This document shows positions 36,747-38,883 of a stretch of DNA of 38,883 nucleotides, one piece after another. The stretch is taken from the IMG/VR virus record IMGVR_UViG_2609459833_000016; one strand, 5' to 3'. The translations under genes were made by a program, and so were the position numbers. The DNA is from a virus (lineage: Duplodnaviria > Heunggongvirae > Uroviricota > Caudoviricetes). Position 1 is the first letter of the stretch. The number at the start of each line of letters is the position of its first letter. The notes below the pieces were generated by a model that was not told the DNA's origin, ran no database searches, and worked only from the letters and a program-made list of their open reading frames with translations.

Positions 36747-37391
36747 ATGACGGTCAACTCAAACGGTTCAGATAATCGTATTGCTGGGCGAGATTACCAA
36801 GAAAAGAATATTCAGATAGGGCGATATGATGGCTCTCATACCGTCAATATCGCAATTCCTTCGAGCAATAACAGTGATCCACGCCCCTTACTTAAGGGGC
36901 AACGGAAGGCATTAAATAGATTAGTTGCTGCTATTGTAGATGCCAGCAATACCGAGGCGTTTATTATTTGGCAAAAATTGCATGCAGAGATTGGTGTAGA
37001 CAGTATTGATGATATAACAATGAATCAATATAAGACCGCAGAGAGCTTTCTGTGTGCGATGCTTGAACGATGTAAAGATCATGATGCGCGTAAGGCGCTT
37101 GTAAGTATTTTACTTCGTAATAGTGAAGATGGAGTGCTTCGTCAAAAACTTATCCGCTATTGCCATATCAATTTCGGAACGGGTCGCTTAAACGATCTTA
37201 CTCGTTCTCAGCTTCAGATGGCTCTTTCCTGGTTAGACCAACAATCAGTGGAAGGAGAAAAGAAATTAACTGCCAACAATTCTGCCGGTAGTCAATTACA
37301 GATGAATTTTCAGCAAATAATTAGAAAATACCCGAAAGAAACAGGAATGTGTTTCGTTGTTGGTGTTTTATTAGGCAGTGTTCTTTTCTGA
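36747..37391 (+). CDS. Hypothetical C-terminally membrane-anchored protein (214 aa) downstream of the repressor
   Basis: Strong AGGAGG RBS; C-terminal hydrophobic anchor (MCFVVGVLLGSVLF); N-terminus repeats the NRIAGRDY motif found at the repressor C-terminus. Confidence 0.6.
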   Translation: MTVNSNGSDNRIAGRDYQEKNIQIGRYDGSHTVNIAIPSSNNSDPRPLLKGQRKALNRLVAAIVDASNTEAFIIWQKLHAEIGVDSIDDITMNQYKTAESFLCAMLERCKDHDARKALVSILLRNSEDGVLRQKLIRYCHINFGTGRLNDLTRSQLQMALSWLDQQSVEGEKKLTANNSAGSQLQMNFQQIIRKYPKETGMCFVVGVLLGSVLF

Positions 37392-37589
37392 TAGATAGTT
37401 GTTGGAGAAAGATATTATGACAAAAGCTTGCTTTACCGACTTTAAAAGAAATGAAAAAGATAAATTAAGCGAGCTGACAAAGGTGGGAGGGGGCAACTAG
37501 TGATGTAAGAAATGGTGTGAATTACTTGTTATGGTCTTAAAGAAAAGTAAGTCTTTGTTCATGAGGAAGTCCAAAGAGGTAAATGAATT

Positions 37590-37847
37590 ATGGTAACTAA
37601 TCCGCAAATTCCATTAATTGGTTTATATGTATCTAAAGTTAATCCATCTAATCGTATAGTTGTTACTAATGTTCATATTGTCAAGGACGATGACGATGAG
37701 CCCGGAGATCTTCCTTTCTATTTGGTTACTTTTGTAAATGAGGGGGATGAGGATGATATGTCGGCTCCTTCTTGGGAGCTTGATCCCGATGAATGGGAGC
37801 AGTTAGTTGATGAAAAGCTCTTTATGCGGGTTGAGCAACCATCTTAA
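37590..37847 (+). CDS. Hypothetical highly acidic small protein (85 aa)
   Basis: ORF with Asp/Glu-rich segments (DDDDEPGD, EGDEDD, ELDPDEWE) between the repressor region and int. Confidence 0.5.
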   Translation: MVTNPQIPLIGLYVSKVNPSNRIVVTNVHIVKDDDDEPGDLPFYLVTFVNEGDEDDMSAPSWELDPDEWEQLVDEKLFMRVEQPS

Positions 37848-37881
37848 TCACGAAAATTTTCCTTGGTGTGCACTTTTTAAT

Positions 37882-38883
37882 ATGTCTGTTCGTAAACTAT
37901 CTACTGGTAAATGGCTCTGTGAATGCTATCCCTACGGAGCAGCAGGAAAACGCATTCGTAAGCAGTTTGCTACTAAAGGTGAGGCGCTCTCTTATGAGCG
38001 CCGTTTAATGAACGGTAATTTAGGGGGCGAGTTTCAGGATGGTTCTGGCCCCCGTCTTTCCGAGTTGGTTGCTCGCTGGTTTGAAATGTACGGTAAAACG
38101 TTGTCTTCCGGTGAAGAGCGCAAGGCTAAACTTGAGGCGATTTGTTCTAGGTTGGGTGATCCGTTTGCTTCTCAATTTGATAAAAATATGTTTGCCATCT
38201 ACAGGGAGCGGCGGTTATCAGGTGAATGGAATCCAAAGGGGAAGAAAAAACTTAGTGAAGCAACCGTTAATCGCGAACAGTCATATTTACATGCTGTTTT
38301 TGCTGAACTGAAGCGCCTTGGGGAGTGGTCTGGTGAAAATCCATTGACAGGTATTCGCAAGTTTCGTGAGGAAGAAAAGGAACAGGCGTTTCTGTATGCA
38401 GATGAGATTGAACGCCTTCTGATTGCATGTGATGAGTCACGGAATAAAGATTTGGGTGTTGTCGTCCGTATTGGGCTTGCGACTGGTGCCAGGTGGAGTG
38501 AAGCAGAGGGATTAAAGCAATCTCAAATACTGCCTGGACGAATCACATTTGTTAAAACCAAAGGAAAGAAGAACCGCACTGTACCTATTTCACCTCAATT
38601 GCAGGCCATGCTTCCTAAAAAACGCGGGGCGCTTTTTTCACCATGTTATGAGGCTTTTGACGCCGCTATTAAGAGAGCAAAGATCGAACTTCCTGACGGA
38701 CAATTAACTCATGTGCTACGTCATACGTTTGCCAGCCATTTTATGATGCGGGGAGGAAATATTCTTGTGTTGCAAAAAATACTGGGGCATAGCGATATAA
38801 AAATGACTATGCGTTATGCACACTTTGCGCCGGGTCATTTAGAGGCTGCTGTTGAACTGAATCCCTTTGACAATAGAGGGTAA
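37882..38883 (+). CDS. int: Tyrosine-type site-specific integrase (P2 Int family)
   Basis: C-terminal catalytic region HVLRHTFASHFMMRGGNILVLQKILGHSDIKMTMRYAHF (R..H-x-x-R...Y); start chosen at MSVRKL; stop codon is the last codon of the window. Confidence 0.9.
   Translation: MSVRKLSTGKWLCECYPYGAAGKRIRKQFATKGEALSYERRLMNGNLGGEFQDGSGPRLSELVARWFEMYGKTLSSGEERKAKLEAICSRLGDPFASQFDKNMFAIYRERRLSGEWNPKGKKKLSEATVNREQSYLHAVFAELKRLGEWSGENPLTGIRKFREEEKEQAFLYADEIERLLIACDESRNKDLGVVVRIGLATGARWSEAEGLKQSQILPGRITFVKTKGKKNRTVPISPQLQAMLPKKRGALFSPCYEAFDAAIKRAKIELPDGQLTHVLRHTFASHFMMRGGNILVLQKILGHSDIKMTMRYAHFAPGHLEAAVELNPFDNRG

Larger units (their letters stand above)
1100..38883. mobile_element. P2-like (Peduovirus-type) prophage, reverse orientation; ogr-side boundary somewhere in 1004-1634, int-side att site beyond the window
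   Basis: Contiguous run of P2-family structural, lysis, replication and lysogeny genes in P2 synteny, flanked on one side by host pgsA and tRNAs. Confidence 0.85.

Overview
The window holds the host pgsA gene and a tRNA-Gly/Cys/Leu cluster (1-1077), followed by a near-complete P2-like (Peduovirus-type) prophage running from about 1.1 kb to the window end. The integrase stop codon is the last codon of the window, so the int-side att site lies outside it. The prophage is in reverse orientation relative to the canonical P2 map. Recognisable core genes are ogr, D, FI, FII, E/E' (with the -1 frameshift site), T, U, G, H, I, J, W, V, S, R, a lysis cassette, X, L, M, N, O, P, Q, a putative cos region, replication gene A, an early operon, the C repressor and int. 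Non-canonical content worth follow-up: (1) an AT-rich membrane-protein gene at the cos-proximal position where P2 carries the old/tin exclusion genes; (2) a 2.4-kb insertion between lysC and R encoding a NanS-p-like (DUF1737 + SGNH/SASA esterase + lectin-like) protein and a small membrane ORF; (3) the FI-FII-E-T-U tail module inverted relative to D and G-R; (4) two extra genes downstream of the repressor; (5) a short SSB-like gene in the post-A operon; (6) an opposite-strand 2-TM gene inside the early operon. All product calls come from motif recognition by eye; no searches were run. Hand-derived coordinates may be off by 1-3 nt (one hand-translation near 34.8 kb disagreed with the ORF track by 1 nt), and several start codons are uncertain.
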